From the NCBI GenBank assembly GCA_013115145.1, contig JAAPAO010000045.1, positions 41,745-105,744 of the forward strand: 64,000 bases of DNA. Direction: 5' to 3'. A model generated the notes under the pieces. That model did no database searches. It had not been told where the DNA came from and worked only from the letters and a program-made list of their open reading frames with translations. Positions 35,306-48,381 of the stretch are shown here, one piece after another. Numbering within the stretch: the first letter of the stretch is position 1; the number at the start of each line of letters is the position of its first letter. Source of the stretch: Perkinsus chesapeaki ATCC PRA-425 (Eukaryota; Protista; Perkinsozoa). Both the position numbers and the translations under genes were made by a program.

Positions 35306-36701
35306 GGATTGATAATCGTTCTCTGGTCAATCAAGGCTGCATAGCATCACGTTATCCAATCGCTTTGTCAAATAGCGTGGATGCTTCCATTGGTATTGTG
35401 GGTATCTCTGTTGTTTGTCAGAGTCGTGGTGGAGCTACCAAAGCCTAATGTGTGCGGCACAGTGTGTGTAACTGAACTCTATTAACTATCATGAATTACA
35501 AATACAAATGCTGCGAGTGTGGTACAATGTTGTCAATGTTCCTCTTGTTGAGTTATACACTAGACTGGTATCTGTCAAGATATCTCGTCAAAGAGGATGG
35601 TGGATAAGCCGGAAACTCCCACTCAACTACAACAGCATTGAGTTCGACAACCTAAAAGCAAAACTATAGTCAAGAATGACGTCTCTAGTCAGTCTAAGGG
35701 CCTCGATCAGTGGGTTTAGTTTTTAACCATCCAATTTTGAGTGGCGATCGCGCGCGCCCAGTAATTCATAATTGTGCGCAGTTCCGGAAGGTCGCAAGTC
35801 GCTGGAAGCTTCTTATCGGACAAGGCTCTGCCATGGGTTACAGTGAAGCCGTGAAGTTGATGAGATATCCGACTTGAAGTTAGTCTTGACATTCATCAGT
35901 TGTTCTAATAATAACATACTATGAGACTAATACAATTACTTATCATATCGTGCGTCCTACCGAAAGAAGGAGTAGGGCTTGATCTAGCCTTGGAGAGGGT
36001 AAAGGAGGGACTCACACTTACCTTCCCCCACGTCAGGGTCATAAGCTTCATCCTTCCGAGCCAACGTATGAACGCATTGAGCAGGTTGACTCGCCTTTCG
36101 AGCACGGTTCCCCTCCGCAACACTACGAAGGTCAGCCGCAGCCTCACTGCTCTTTATCGTATTCAAGTGGCGGATCGTATAAGACAGTTTGGTTCATAAA
36201 CGTGGGACCGAAGGTATTCCCCCTCGCATGGAGATGTCCATCGAATTTACGCATTGGGTGAGATAATGGCTGGCGGATTCCTCTCAGTCACTTCACAGTA
36301 TTATTGTTTTCAGTAAAATCGGTGACGTTGAAGGGGCGGAGCCTCCCAAAGGACCTTATAAGAGCCCGTTCGATCAATGTAAAGCAGGAGTTAAGAGCTA
36401 CTCTAAAATGTATAATATAAAGAAGCTCTTTCGGAAGGAAAGCTCTTTGATTAAGGCAATCTGCAAGCATCGTTAATACATGTTGTTATGATCCAAAGAT
36501 CGTAAATTGGCTGAATAATAATCAGCCCGCGTTGTATTATTCTATTATTGCGTTCCGAGTATTGATGTCTTTAAGCCTCTCAAGATTGTTCCTATCGCGG
36601 AGATATAACGGAAGTTCAATTAAAGTGTATATTCCCGAGTGACTCTGAGGCTGGCTGGTCTTTAACTCAACACTTTAATAAACAGAAGAGAAGGTCATGC
36701 A

Positions 36702-39700
36702 TCAATGGTATTGAGCTAGACAATCCTCCAATCTCGATAGCTGCTGCTTTAATGCCCTCACAGAAGCGACAAGTTCTTCTCGAGTTCCTTTCTCATTTTG
36801 TTGTAGCCGCAAGCCAACAGTGCTCAGCTGCTCACTTAACTTATGAACCTGTCTTGTTGACCTAAACAAAGACGACGTTCTAGCGGTGACACGCGGTTGT
36901 ACGTGACCTTTTAGATGCATCCAGCTTATTAACCCATTCTTCGATTATCGCATCTCCTCTGGCCAGAGCAGCCTTACCACTGGCAGAGGAGGCAGCGGCC
37001 GCTCCTCGTCCTGTTGCTAGCTCGGCAGCTCGCTGTCTAAGATTGTTTACCTCAAGGCGTTTGGCCGCAGTGACCTGCACGAGTCAGTCAGCGCTGCCAT
37101 TGACCGTGGTGCCTTACCTGTTTCAACTGCAGTAGATGTCCATCCAACCTAGAGCGTTCATCAGCCAACTGCTGGCGTTCCTCGCCGGGAGCGGTTCCTT
37201 CCGATATTATCCTGGCGTCCAGCGCTGAGTGTCATCGAGGATGTCTCATACATTAGAGAGGTAAATGTTACCTTTAAGGTCGGCAGTGACCTTCTTTAAC
37301 TGCTGATCAACCAAAACTGCCTCCTTCTTGCTCTTCTTCATCTCTTCTTCAGCAGCCTCAGCCTGTCCGTTCAACTGTGCCATCTCATTCTCAACCTCTT
37401 GTAGCTACATGTCCACCTCATTGCATCATCACCGACTTTCCATAGCTCACCTCGAGGGCGCTAGTGGCCCAGGCAACCACCTCGTTACTGTCCAACTCTG
37501 GCAGCCGACTACTAGCCGAGGCCTCTCCTGTCCCAGCGCTCAAGGCATTGATGCCTGCCTTACACTTGCTAAGCATAGCGTCCGTATCTACCGCGGAAAC
37601 TGGAAGAGAACTGGTCAGAAGTTGCTTCTGACCTTGAATGGTTTGAAGGTATCTTGAAAGATACTTATCAAAGCTCTTGAAGCTGCTGTTGAGCTCTGCC
37701 GGGACCACCGCGCTAGTAATATTTTCACTTCGAGCCGCGCACTCGGATACCAGTGACTCGAGATATCTGCGGTGACCGGTGGCAGCTCGGCCGCCCTCGG
37801 CTCTCCATACCCTTCCTGTTGCTTGATGTCCTCGGCATTCCTCGACCCTCTGGATGCCATGTGATGCTCCAAAGCTGCTCGAAGGCTCTCATCCACCGCT
37901 ACACACTCCCCCGGTGTTGGTCTGAGGGCGGCCTCGACGATCAACTATAGAAAGCAACCTGCCTGAGGGTCCTCATCCCATCCTTTCGAAACCGCAACAG
38001 AAGCTGCGCCACCAAACCACTGATGGTCGGGTCTAGTTCACCAGCCTGATTATTGCATTTATCAAAGAAAGCACACCAGCGTCGCATAGGACCTGCAGTA
38101 TCAAAGCCTCTCCGGCGGCTACGATGGTCTTCGACAATTGAGAGTCAGGTCGAAGAGCAGACGAGGAACCGTTCAAGACCTATGGGAGCCATGGTTGAGG
38201 TTGGTGTATGTGGTGGTGACGGTACCCAGCATACAAAACCCTTAACGGTCTGACTTGAATGCCCGGCCAAGCACTGTGCGAGTCGGCCCACGCATCCTGG
38301 TGTCCGAGTGAGTGCAGCTAGAAGGGACCCTGGCACTCGGGCGGAGGAGGGAAAGCACTCGGAGGGGAGGAGCTCCGTGGTCAGCAGCTGCCACAGGCCA
38401 GAGTCAATCTTGCTTAGCAGCGATGCGTCATCCCTGCACACAGCACCGTATCTGGTCGTGGCCCAGCCCTGCAACAGTTTACAGCCTGCTGGCGCTGGCC
38501 AGGGTGGCCAGAAGAAGTCCGCAGATCACACGAGTGCTCGGGAAGGGTGAGGCGAACAGTGAGCCCAGGAGGTCCAAACCTCGAGGGTGCTCCAGTAGGC
38601 AAGCCTGAGCTCGGATTCTCGCTACGGTGCAGCCAAATGTGGTACTTGAACGGCTTCATCAAAGCCCAACCAGAGCAGTTTGGCTACGGTGTCGTGAAGA
38701 TGGGCCTTCGCAGTTGGTAACAGCTGCTCGGTGATGACAGTAATGCCATCGTGGGACTGAAGGGGTGCTTAAGGAGGCATGAGGAGACTTCCTACTTCAA
38801 GCGTCGTGAGGAGGGCAGCGCTGAAGCCTTCTCCAGATGCCTGTATGAGTCCATTGAGCACTCGTTTGACCTGGTCTATTCGACCAGGCCCTGTGGGAGC
38901 AGCTGCTTCGCCACTGGGAGGGTCCTAAGTGGTCAAAAGCATGCAAACATTACTGCTGGTCGGTCTCACCTGGGATCGGTTTGCTACCACAACCACATCG
39001 CCGTTGGGAGCGACCAGATCCCCTTCTCGAGCCAGGATCCTCAACAGCATCAGAACACCTCCACCACACACAAACCTACAACTAGTGGAAGCTAGACGAT
39101 TTCGACATGACGTCACATCTGTCTGGCTGCGTTGTCGCCGGCATTCTCGTTGCCTTTATACGAAACTATATAGTGAAGTACGTCCATTATGGAGGCAAAG
39201 GCTGTCGAAGGGAGGGAAATGGTGCCTAGAGACGAAGGGCGGAGTAATGGTGCTACAGGCAGAGGAGGACACCTTGAGCCTGGTTATCTATCATGTTTAA
39301 CAGACACTTAATCGTGGACTCATGCCGAAGCCTGTACTGTTCCTTCGACTTCTCCGGATCCAGCAAGCCTATCATATAACCGGCATCAGCTGTATACAGG
39401 AAAGGAAGCATTCGCACCGCTGAGCTCGTGAATGCAGAGAGTGTTGCGCTGACCAGAGGGGGTCAGGAACCGGGACACTGTGGCACAACCAGCCGGGAGC
39501 TCCAATAGTTTCCATAAAGCATCAGTCGTATCAAACGAAAGTATCTGAAGCAATCCCTCACCAACCGGCCAGCTACCACTTACCTCCTCCCTCTTGACGG
39601 CCCTCTGGAGTATCAACTCCAAGGCCGGCCGCCGTTCCTCGACTACAGCTGGCAGCGTCGAGCCGAACATCTGCTTCGGGGGAAGGGTTGGGATCAAGGG

Positions 39701-40371
39701 ATCCCCAGCGGCGCTGCGAACTGTACCCTAGAGGGACAGCTTTCCGATGGCCGCGAGCTGCGCTTACCAAAGTGTCAGAGGAGGCTGGACCGGCGTCGTC
39801 TGGGTCCCTGCGCCCAGCGGAGCCTCGATACGGTAATGATGAGATGTGCTCATAGAACTTGAGGAAGTCGTCGAACCTAGAGGGCAGGTGTGGAATGAAG
39901 ATAAACTAGAGACGGAGAAAGCCGAGAAGGTTGAGCGATCAGAGGGAGACTTTGGCGAGCCGTCATGAAGAATGGAGCGGTAGTCTCCATTGCGGAGGAT
40001 GGGCAAGCTTGCAGACTCTGCAATGCAGAGTTAGGCCCAAGACCGGTGTAAAGGACTCCTTACCTTCTGTTGACAGAATGTGTTCGACCAAAGTCATCCA
40101 CTTTAATATTGTACGTAGTATAGTTGAGACCTATTAGACCAGATTTGGTCTCGAATGAGGGTATCTTTACAGACAGAGGTATCGCCACCTGCAAGGGCGG
40201 CCCAATTGACGTATTGTCGCACAGCTTCCCGTCGCGCACCTTGACTGTCGGCAAGGCCTTTAGAGCTCTTGATGTTGGCTGAGGAGGAAGGCTTTCCCCA
40301 TTGTCGGTATTCCCCCTCGTTTTCTCAGAGCTCATTGCTCTCTTCTTGGAAGCCGAGCCAGCTACAGTCAT
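36702..40371 (-). CDS. PX-domain protein with helical middle region and C-terminal coiled coil, multi-exon
   Basis: Spliced PX domain 'IPSFETKSGLNYTTYNIKVDDFGRTHSVNRR|FDDFLKFYEHI...LPPKQMFGSTLPAVVEERRPALE'. The last exons are heptad-rich (LQEVENEMAQLNGQ...LKQQLSRLEDCLAQYH*). Continuity through 38-39.3 kb is inferred. Confidence 0.65.
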
Positions 40372-40507
40372 AATACCAGCAGCACGCTTATTGCGCCTTC
40401 ACCATGTGACACAACTCAACACTGTAATACGGTAAAAGTAAAGGGCAGGGTTTAGATCTTGCTTAGTGGAGAATGGTGCAGGGTAGCTCGGTGGTGTGGA
40501 TGCCGGC

Positions 40508-41783
40508 TCAAGAGTCAGGTATCGCAATCACCTCCCCCTCGGTTCTGGCACGCTTCGGCTCCGGCACCCGACCTGAAAGACAGCAGTCCCCGCCGCGCCG
40601 AAGTGCGTCCACGAAAGTTCACCACTATCATCGTTGTCATCCTCATCGTCGAGTATCTCGTCCACAGACGGCGAACTCGACCTGTTAAAGAAGCCTTGCT
40701 GGGCAGCTTTGAGCAGCACTGAATTATTCTGCCGTAGAAGTTGCATCTGTAAAAGCGGGTGCTGTGTTGCGGAGCAGATGGAGATCCTTACCCCGAGAGC
40801 TCCGCCTAGCACCGCTTCATCAGACTCATCCTCGGGCTCATCCAGACTTGACATGGCACTGAAAGGAGTGAAAACATCGTCATGCATCATGCAATAGGCT
40901 ACATCCCTCAGCTGGACGAGAAAGATCAGAACATATACTAGGCTCAATTGGATGGTAGAAGTCTCCAAACTTATAACAAGGAGACATCTATCGTACTGCC
41001 TCACTGATGCCAACAGTTCACATCGGCGCCAGTCAGGCTTCTGCTGCTCACAGGCGGTAGATTCAAGGCTGTGAGGGACGAACGGCATGTCAAGTACCAA
41101 GAGGGGAAGCGAGGAGTGTAAAACATATCTCGGCCAATAGAACCTTCGCGATGAGGATAGGCCGAGTAAGAAGGACAGCAACGTCTTTTGATGATAAAGT
41201 TACTTCAGGAAGTCAGGGACTTTCCGAGGGTCGCAATCGCACTCCCCCATATGAGCCTCCAAGTCACCGTGTTTCCCATCCCACAGGCAACCTCGGTAAG
41301 GACAGTACCTGCACGCAAGCGCATCACCGTCAAGCGCATCGCAGAGCTGCATCAGCCTACACATCCTGCTCGTCCAGGAACTTCCGGGCCATAAGATCCT
41401 TGTGGCAGTTTTGTCGTGTTATTGTCTGACGGCTGAGCAAAGAGCATAACCCCTCATTAACGAGCTGCTGCCCCACCATTCTGGGCATGTTGTGTTGCGC
41501 AAATCCAACCACTGGTAGAGGCACTCTTGACAGAAAGTGTGCCCGCATGGCCAGGCACATATAGGATCGGTGAACACCTAAGCAGGCATCATTGGAAAAG
41601 CAAGAAGAGGCGCTCGGAGGACCGCACCTCGCAGCATACTGAACAGTGTAGATTAGGCGAAATGTTGTCTTTATCGCAGTATCTTAGCTTGTACTTGGGC
41701 GCAGGCGGCGGAGCTGCAGGAGCAGGAGCTGCCTTGGCCTTGGCCTTTGCCTTGGCGGCTGCTGCTGACCGTCTTGGAGGCAT
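40508..41783 (-). CDS. C3HC4 RING (TRAF-type) zinc-finger E3 ligase-like protein, multi-exon
   Basis: 'ISPNLHCSVCCEV|FTDPICAWPCGHTFCQECLYQWL...TCPEC|RQTI', then 'CPYRGCLWDGKHGDLEAHMGEC'; C-terminal PEPKRAR. Confidence 0.85.
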
Positions 41784-41974
41784 CGACGTTTACGTGTACA
41801 GCTACTCTGGTGAACGAAACCAGCTACTTCTATCGCAACACAACAGGATAAAGATACTTTTAGTCTACTTTTAGTGACACCACATGGTAGTGTACATGAT
41901 GCAAAACTATCAGTTAGTCTTCTGCTTGACGTAACTTCATTCTTCTTATCGCCTATCAAATCCAGCCGAGCCCT

Positions 41975-42885
41975 TCACAAACGGCGGCGTCTAACATGCC
42001 TTGGAGAGGCGCTCTTCAGACTGGGGGACTCCACAGGGAACTTGATCGTCACCATCACTCTAGTCTTCAAAGGCGTCTCTCTCATCCTTCTCTGCATTTC
42101 TCTCACAGTGGCACGGTAGCGCTTCCATTGGGCTCTACGGAACTTGTTGCACTGGCGACGCCAGGCATCCACCTCTGCCCAGAGCACTAGGAGCTGAATG
42201 ATGAGGACAAAAGGCGGGCACCAGGCGCTAATGCTCTTCCAATCCCCTTTGGGTGGAGAAAAGCACTCGTGTATAACAAAAGCAGACCACAACAGTAGCA
42301 ACAGCCGAGAGAGGCCGAAACAGATCAAGTACTCGAGATGGCCTCTCGTAGTGGCCTTTCGGATGTAAAAGAGGTATGCAGTCGAACCCAATGCAGACAG
42401 TACTGCACTCATCACAAGGGCGAGGCCGTAGAAGCCGAGGAGATCCGAGAGGACATAGCCTAAAAGGAATATGTAATAGGAAACAATGTAAGACAGTGGC
42501 TGTACTAGAGAGTAGTATAATATCATGCAGAAGGTGCTTCCTATACCAACTCAAGCTGTGGTGCAAGTTATATAGCACAAAGCCGATACTGAGGTTCATA
42601 GTGAGCTCCACTAGGGGCATATTATAATTGTATCTGGAAGGGAAGGAGACAGACACAAAGCAAGACGGTTGCCCACCCTATGGCCGCGCGAGTCAGGAGC
42701 TCGTTTCTGTTGTAGAAAAGACATTGCAGGCCGACAGCTATGGTCTGTATGCTGTAGACTAGGAGACATATATCAGCGCTAACCCAACGCTCCTTGCCTC
42801 GACGGCATCTAGACTGCCAGCCGTAAAGTGCCCAGTAAAAACTATAGGAAATGATAGCTGCTGAGGGATCAGTGATGAGCAGCAT
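41975..42885 (-). CDS. TLC (TRAM/LAG1/CLN8) domain membrane protein, divergent copy 1
   Basis: Multi-TM; 'YNYNMPLVELTMNLSIGFVLYNLHHSLSWYRKHLLHDII' aligns with the 'YNPSQPLVELILDHNLG..YD.YHV.TW...LHH' segment of the other copies; 'FGLSRLLLL' C-terminal motif. Confidence 0.7.
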
Positions 42886-43001
42886 TTACAAAGGCAGTAA
42901 ATAGAAGGGGAAATAATGAAGATACGAAAAAACTCGGCACTTGAGGCAGGTCGAAAATGCCAGCATGTACTAGAGTGGGAGAAGCTACGTTCTATCCAGG
43001 G

Positions 43002-43158
43002 CTACACTAAATTATATAATAGTGAGGAGGATTAAGAAAAGCGAGACCTTCAATTCTTCGATGGCTAATAAGATGCCGCTGGCGACAGTAAAGCAGTGTA
43101 AGACAACATACAGCATAAGCGAGGCGACAAGCTAGACATGCTCTATTATTGGGATCAT
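43002..43158 (-). pseudogene. Decayed first exon of a TLC gene
   Basis: MIPIIEHV*LVASLMLYVVLHCFTVASG versus MIPSVEHVYLIGSFFLYVIIHYFTASSG at 45973; in-frame TAG at 43132-43134. Confidence 0.7.
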
Positions 43159-43690
43159 CCTCGAAACAACTACAATCTCCAAGGCAGGAAATCTGGCGAC
43201 CGACGCCTTCAACAAAGGACTACATCGTTTTCATGAGCTCAGCAGTATTAATGAGCTTAAAAACTATTTTCCGATACTCATTTGAACTAGCACACGCGAT
43301 GCTATGCTTGCCATACTATATCAGGAATTGTACAACGGCTGAAGCCATAAGCTCTCCAGTTGATGGTAGAACATCACTCTCACTGTCATTTCGCAATGAC
43401 GGCTACTGAATCCGTACTCTGGCCGACTCGATGCCCCAATAATTAGAGAAAACGTCAAGAATGAAGCAGTATTAATTAATATCCATGTACCGTGCATTTA
43501 GGTACCGAGGGAACCACAGGTGGAGATAGCAGACTCCAGAGTCAAATACAATGCCCACAAAGTGAAAGGCATGAAAGAATGCTATGCATCCTAAATACAG
43601 TACACGATAGAAATGAGCATCATAGACAGCATAAAAAACTAACATAGCAAAAGGGATATTGCTATTGACCCAGAGGACATGCTTGGTAGA

Positions 43691-44448
43691 CTATAGGCCT
43701 TTAGCACGATGCTCGCGAAGCTGAAGCTTCAGTTTAAGGCAGAGGTTAATGAAGAAGTGGACATTAATAGACATGATAGAAAATTGTGATATAAATGATC
43801 CAATAGGAAAGTACCATGATACCCAATTATCCTCAGGTATGAGAACTTGACGAATAGTAATAATACTCCATATGACAAAGATACATCTTGTTATGGCATA
43901 GGTTATCGTCATTATGATGTAGTTACAACTGGAGTGATTACGATAGTAATACTCTCTTGTTAAGCCGCCAATCTCAGCTAAGAGGCTGTCCACTACCACC
44001 AGACTTCATTACTCGCGAGAAACCGAAGCCGAGCAGAAACGCAGAGACGGACAGAAGGTTTCCGTAACTCACCCAAAATAGAGACAGTGTGATGGAGCCT
44101 GAGCTTTTTATGCCAGGTAATAACATGATACATATCATAGGTGAGGTGACCAAGGTTATGATCAAGTATGAGCTCCACTAATGGCTGTGATGGATTATAT
44201 CTAAAGTAAAGTGAAGGACGACTAATGTGATGAGCTACTTACAAATATGCAAGGTTAGATGAGAAATGATGTCGATTAATCCACACACATAGCAAACCAA
44301 CAATGATGTTGAAGAGTGCGTTTATAGAAGCGTTGATAGAATAGATGACCTTAAAGTTAAGCCTGTGATATCTCTTCATCCATTGGTGAAGTATTACGTA
44401 GACCAGAGTAAGTGAAGGGATTTCGATGGGGTATGAGATGGAACGCAT
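43691..44448 (-). pseudogene. TLC-domain paralogue A with 11-nt frameshift deletion
   Basis: Near-identical to the copy at 46785-47542, but ATGAAGTCTGGTGG[CATCGTTCCGG]TAGTGGAC lacks the bracketed 11 nt at about 43997, giving KSGGSGQPLS*. Confidence 0.75.
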
Positions 44449-44939
44449 TATAAGTAGGATAACAGCGTTAAAGCACTACTGCCCAACAATCTACAACAGT
44501 CCAAGGTGTTCGTACCAACCACCCACATAAGGCTGCTGTGATGACAAGTGTGGACACTAATTCCCAGTGAGGTGCGCGAAACTCGAGAAAATCCTCTGAA
44601 ACGCGTGTTGCGATTAAAAGAAAAAGTAATGCACGAACGTGCGGCGAACGAGTAGAAAGAAAGCAAAGGTGAGTACATAAAGAGTAAATCAAAATATAAA
44701 AAACTGTAGAGCTGGTAATGATATAATAATGTTTGGAAGAAGGGTTGCAATATGACTCGGATATAATAAAGACAACTGAAGCACCACTACACCGTCACAT
44801 TGCAGTGGCAATAGGTTGTAGTATGCTGTATGTAACAAGCCACCTGCCACATGAGAGTGCGAGCTAATTTCAGGCAGATATTTTACTGGAAAAATACAGG
44901 CGTTGCTACTTTGCTAAACCACGAGGTTATCGTAATACA

Positions 44940-45110
44940 CTATAGGCTTTTAGCAAGACGCTCTCGAAAGCTTACATTCCAGTGCGAGACGAACCTTGAC
45001 GGTCGAAAAGCAGATGATAATAGACAAAATAGATAATTGTGACGAGAATGGTCTTATAGGAAGGATGGTTATCTGCATGCACTAGAGTGAGTATTTAGAA
45101 CAGAGATACT
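44940..45110 (-). pseudogene. Decayed 3' end of an A/B/C-type TLC gene
   Basis: TATAGGCTTTTAGCAAGACGCTCTCGAAAGCTT...ATAATAGACA...AATTGTGA resembles the 3' ends at 43692 and 46786; the frame is broken. Confidence 0.55.
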
Positions 45111-45157
45111 TTCAGTTAGCAGAAGATGAGGTTGATGTTACTGATGTTCTTAGTTCA

Positions 45158-45973
45158 TCAACTGACATGCTGCTTTAGTGGAGTCGAAGTATAGGTACTG
45201 GTGGCCGGAACAATGAAGCTACCTTCCTTAGAGTTACTATATTTAATCCAACGGAGATAGAAAAACTGGTAGGACACAAGGGTAATGCCACACTGTCCCA
45301 TAATGGCCACCACCCGTTGGAATGAGGTTAATGTTACAGCATCAATACTTTGGCGGACAAACACGCAAGTCCAAGCAGTGAGGAGGATACGAAGGGTTCC
45401 ATAAAAGACGAGGAAGACCACGTAGTTCCACGGTGAGCGATAACGGTGATAGACTAGCAGCATGAGGTGGCCTAGTCTAGTAAGCATACAGTCAACCACA
45501 GCACATAGGCCGGCCATGCCCGAGACTCTAGAGGCTATTATACCTGAGAGGGAGGAGTTGGTAGAAGAGTGATGATGGTTCATACCAAATAGTGATACGA
45601 TATGGTGAGTGAGAACTACACGACGCCAAGTGAAGGCGTGATACAGATCGTAGAGGAGATGGCCAATGGCGTGGTCAACGAGAGTGACAACTAGTGGCTG
45701 AGAATAGTGAGGCCTGATAAGAAGAAGAGTGCTGCTGCATTATGGCAGGACGTCGTAATTATCTCACCCAGAGAAGAGTTCACTTGATAGCTTAGTGGCG
45801 TTCAACAGAAGGCATACACCCCCGATAAAAACAGAGATGAGGGCGTTAATTAGGGATGTTATATCATGGGCTCGTTTCATACCGTTCTCTCCACTGCTGG
45901 CAGTGAAATAGTGTATAATCACGTAGAGGAAGAATGAGCCGATAAGGTAGACGTGCTCCACAGACGGGATCAT
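45158..45973 (-). CDS. TLC-domain membrane protein D, 3 exons
   Basis: MIPSVEHV...'AHDITSLINALIS'; 'YSQPLVVTLVDHAIGHLLYDLYHAFTWRRVVLTHHIVSLF'; 'VFYGTLRILL'. Confidence 0.8.
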
Positions 45974-46150
45974 GCCCAAAGCAACTGCGGTTACTTAATG
46001 TGTGTGCGAGAAGTCTGGTGAGCTACCGACTCAACAAAAGTTTACGCGATTTCTTCACCTCCACAGCAATTAGCTACTACTATATTCATAGAGGGGCGCT
46101 AACCCTCAAGTTTTCCGGTAGCTGATAGGAAATTAATCTTGCTCGCACAT

Positions 46151-46206
46151 CGCAACGAATCGTTGCGAATCGTTGCGAATCGTTGCCAAGTTGGCAATGC
46201 CAACGA
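46151..46206. repeat. 10-bp tandem repeat (GAATCGTTGC)x3 with nested inverted repeats
   Basis: CGCAACG-AAT-CGTTGCG and TTGCCAA-G-TTGGCAA hairpins, about 180 bp upstream of the TLC-D ATG. Confidence 0.9.
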
Positions 46207-46784
46207 TATCTACCGAAGCCGTGCTGCACATGACTGGCGTTAACTCGATACCCTAGTGATCAGTGAATAGTGCCATGAATGGAAGCCTCTCAAAATTTTC
46301 ATAGCCTACCCAATGCATGTACGTGAACATAGGTATATAGCCCGACACCGGGCGTGAGAATACCAAGCACGATTAGTGGAAACTCAAGAGGAACTGCGGA
46401 AGAAGCACACGCTGCTAGTCACACATGTTGTACAGGGATGCGAAAAAGTAATGAAGATACAGTTGAAAAAGAGACAAGTAATACCAGTGAGAGATAATGG
46501 GGAACGATATGTTGAAATAGTAGACTTGAGATCGAACAAAAATGCGGTATAATAATATGAAAGGAAGAATCGCGAAATCTAAAATAAACGACCGAAGCAC
46601 CACGATGCTGGCACATTACGGTAGCAATAGCGTATTTGTTCAATTACAGTAGCAGTAGCGTACTTACTACTATACTTTACGTACAGGTCACCCGACAAAA
46701 AGAGCTCACATCGGGTTAATATTATGAAAAAACTAACATAGCAAAAGTTATATTGTTTTTGACCAAGAGGACATCCTTGGAAGA

Positions 46785-47542
46785 CTATAGGCCTTTACCG
46801 GAATGGTCTCGAAGTTTACGCTTCAGTTTAAGGCAGAGGTTAATGAAAAAGTAGACATTAATAGACATAATAGAGAATTGTGATATAAATGATCCAATAG
46901 GAAAGTACCATGATACCCAATTATCCTCAGGTATGAGAACTTGACGAATAGTAATAATGCTCCATATGACAAAGATACATCTTGTTATGGCATAGGTTAT
47001 CGTCATTATGATGTAGTTACAACTAGAGTGATTACGATAGTAATACTCTCTTGTTAAGGCGCCAATCTCAGCTAGCACGCTGTCCACTACCGGAACGATG
47101 CCACCAGACTTCATTATTCGAGAGAAACCGAAACCTGACGGAACTGTAGCGCAAACAATAAGATTTTTTGTAGCTTACCCAAAATGGAGACAGTGTGATG
47201 AAGTCTGAGCCTTTTATGCCAGGTAATAACATGATACATATCATAGATAAGATTTCCGAGGTTATGATCCAGTATTAGTTCTACTAATGGCTGTGATGGA
47301 TTATATCTAAAGTAAAGTGAAGGACGACTAATGTGATGAGCTACTTACAAATATGCAAGGTTAGATGAGAAATGATGTCGATTAATCCATATACACAGCA
47401 AACCAACAATGATGTTGAAGAGTGCGTTCACCGAGGCGTTGAACGAATAGATGACTTTGACGTCAAGACCGAGATATCTCTTCATCCATTGGTGAAGTAG
47501 TACGTAGACCAGAGTAAATGAAGGGATTTCGATGGGATACAT
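46785..47542 (-). CDS. TLC-domain membrane protein B, 3 exons
   Basis: MYPIEIPSFTL...SSNLAYL|YNPSQPLVELILDHNLGNLIYDMYHVITWHKRLRLHHTVSILG|...LAEIGALTREYYY...YAITRCIF. Confidence 0.85.
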
Positions 47543-47642
47543 TTGCAAGCTAGGTTCGATTAATAATAGCTGTTAAAAGCGCAACTGTCCAAAACTTCAT
47601 TCTCAACTAAGCTCAGTGTGTACATGCTACGACTCAGCAGTA

Positions 47643-48174
47643 AAGGGTGTCCCGAAACTTTCCATCTAATTTTAAATAAGAGAAAATAATCCCGGAACAC
47701 GTTCTGAATGATTTTTCAGAACGAGTAGTTGGATTTTGTTGCATTCCCTTTTCAGTTATACTTTCCCTCTCGGGTAGTATTCCGTCCCTCCTGCACTTCT
47801 TCTTGCGTTCTCTTCAATTCCCCCCTTGGTCGTCCCCTGTCCTTGGGCGATTTTCGGATGTGGACTCCGGAAAAAGCGGAACTGACCGAGTTGAATCGTG
47901 TTTCGAGATGACTTTCTGCGCGATTAGCATCCTGGTTGGGCTACTAAACCATCGCGATGAAAAATATTGGGTCAAAACTCCCGAGATTTTGACCTCCCGA
48001 AAAATTCCACGCGTAGTGCTCGTGTGAAGGCCAGAGGCCGAGTAGCGGCGGAAAACTCCGCCAGTATAATTCTGAAACACCTCCGAATATACCTTCAAAA
48101 CTTCATTATCAAACACTTCCTGGTTGGGGAGAAACTGTCATTCAAAATTGGATGAAAAGTTATGGGACACCCTT
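47643..48174. mobile_element. Tc1/mariner-like MITE (532 bp, ~35-bp imperfect TIRs, TA target-site duplication)
   Basis: Left TA|AAGGGTGTCCCGAAACTTTCCATCTAATTTTAAAT; right end reverse-complemented TA|AAGGGTGTCCCATAACTTTTCATCCAATTTTGAAT. No transposase ORF inside. Confidence 0.85.
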
Positions 48175-48381
48175 TATAACCGTCCCCCACGCACACCACC
48201 ACTTCAACGGTCGTATCCCAACATGTCAAGTTAAACGCAACAACAAAGGCTCGGACGTACTCCATACCAGGAGGTAAAGAGTGCGTCAATAGAAAGGCAA
48301 GGTTAAGACTCATGACGGTCATATCGGTGAGACTGGCAACCAAATCCAGGTTCAATTCCGGTGGCTGACAGTAGCAGCTTT

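Noticed and set aside
35400-36600. Short ORFs on both strands and a CATCCAATTTTGA match (35728-35740) to the inner MITE TIR
   Set aside because: No consistent gene model and no partner TIR or TA duplication; a 13-nt match alone is insufficient.
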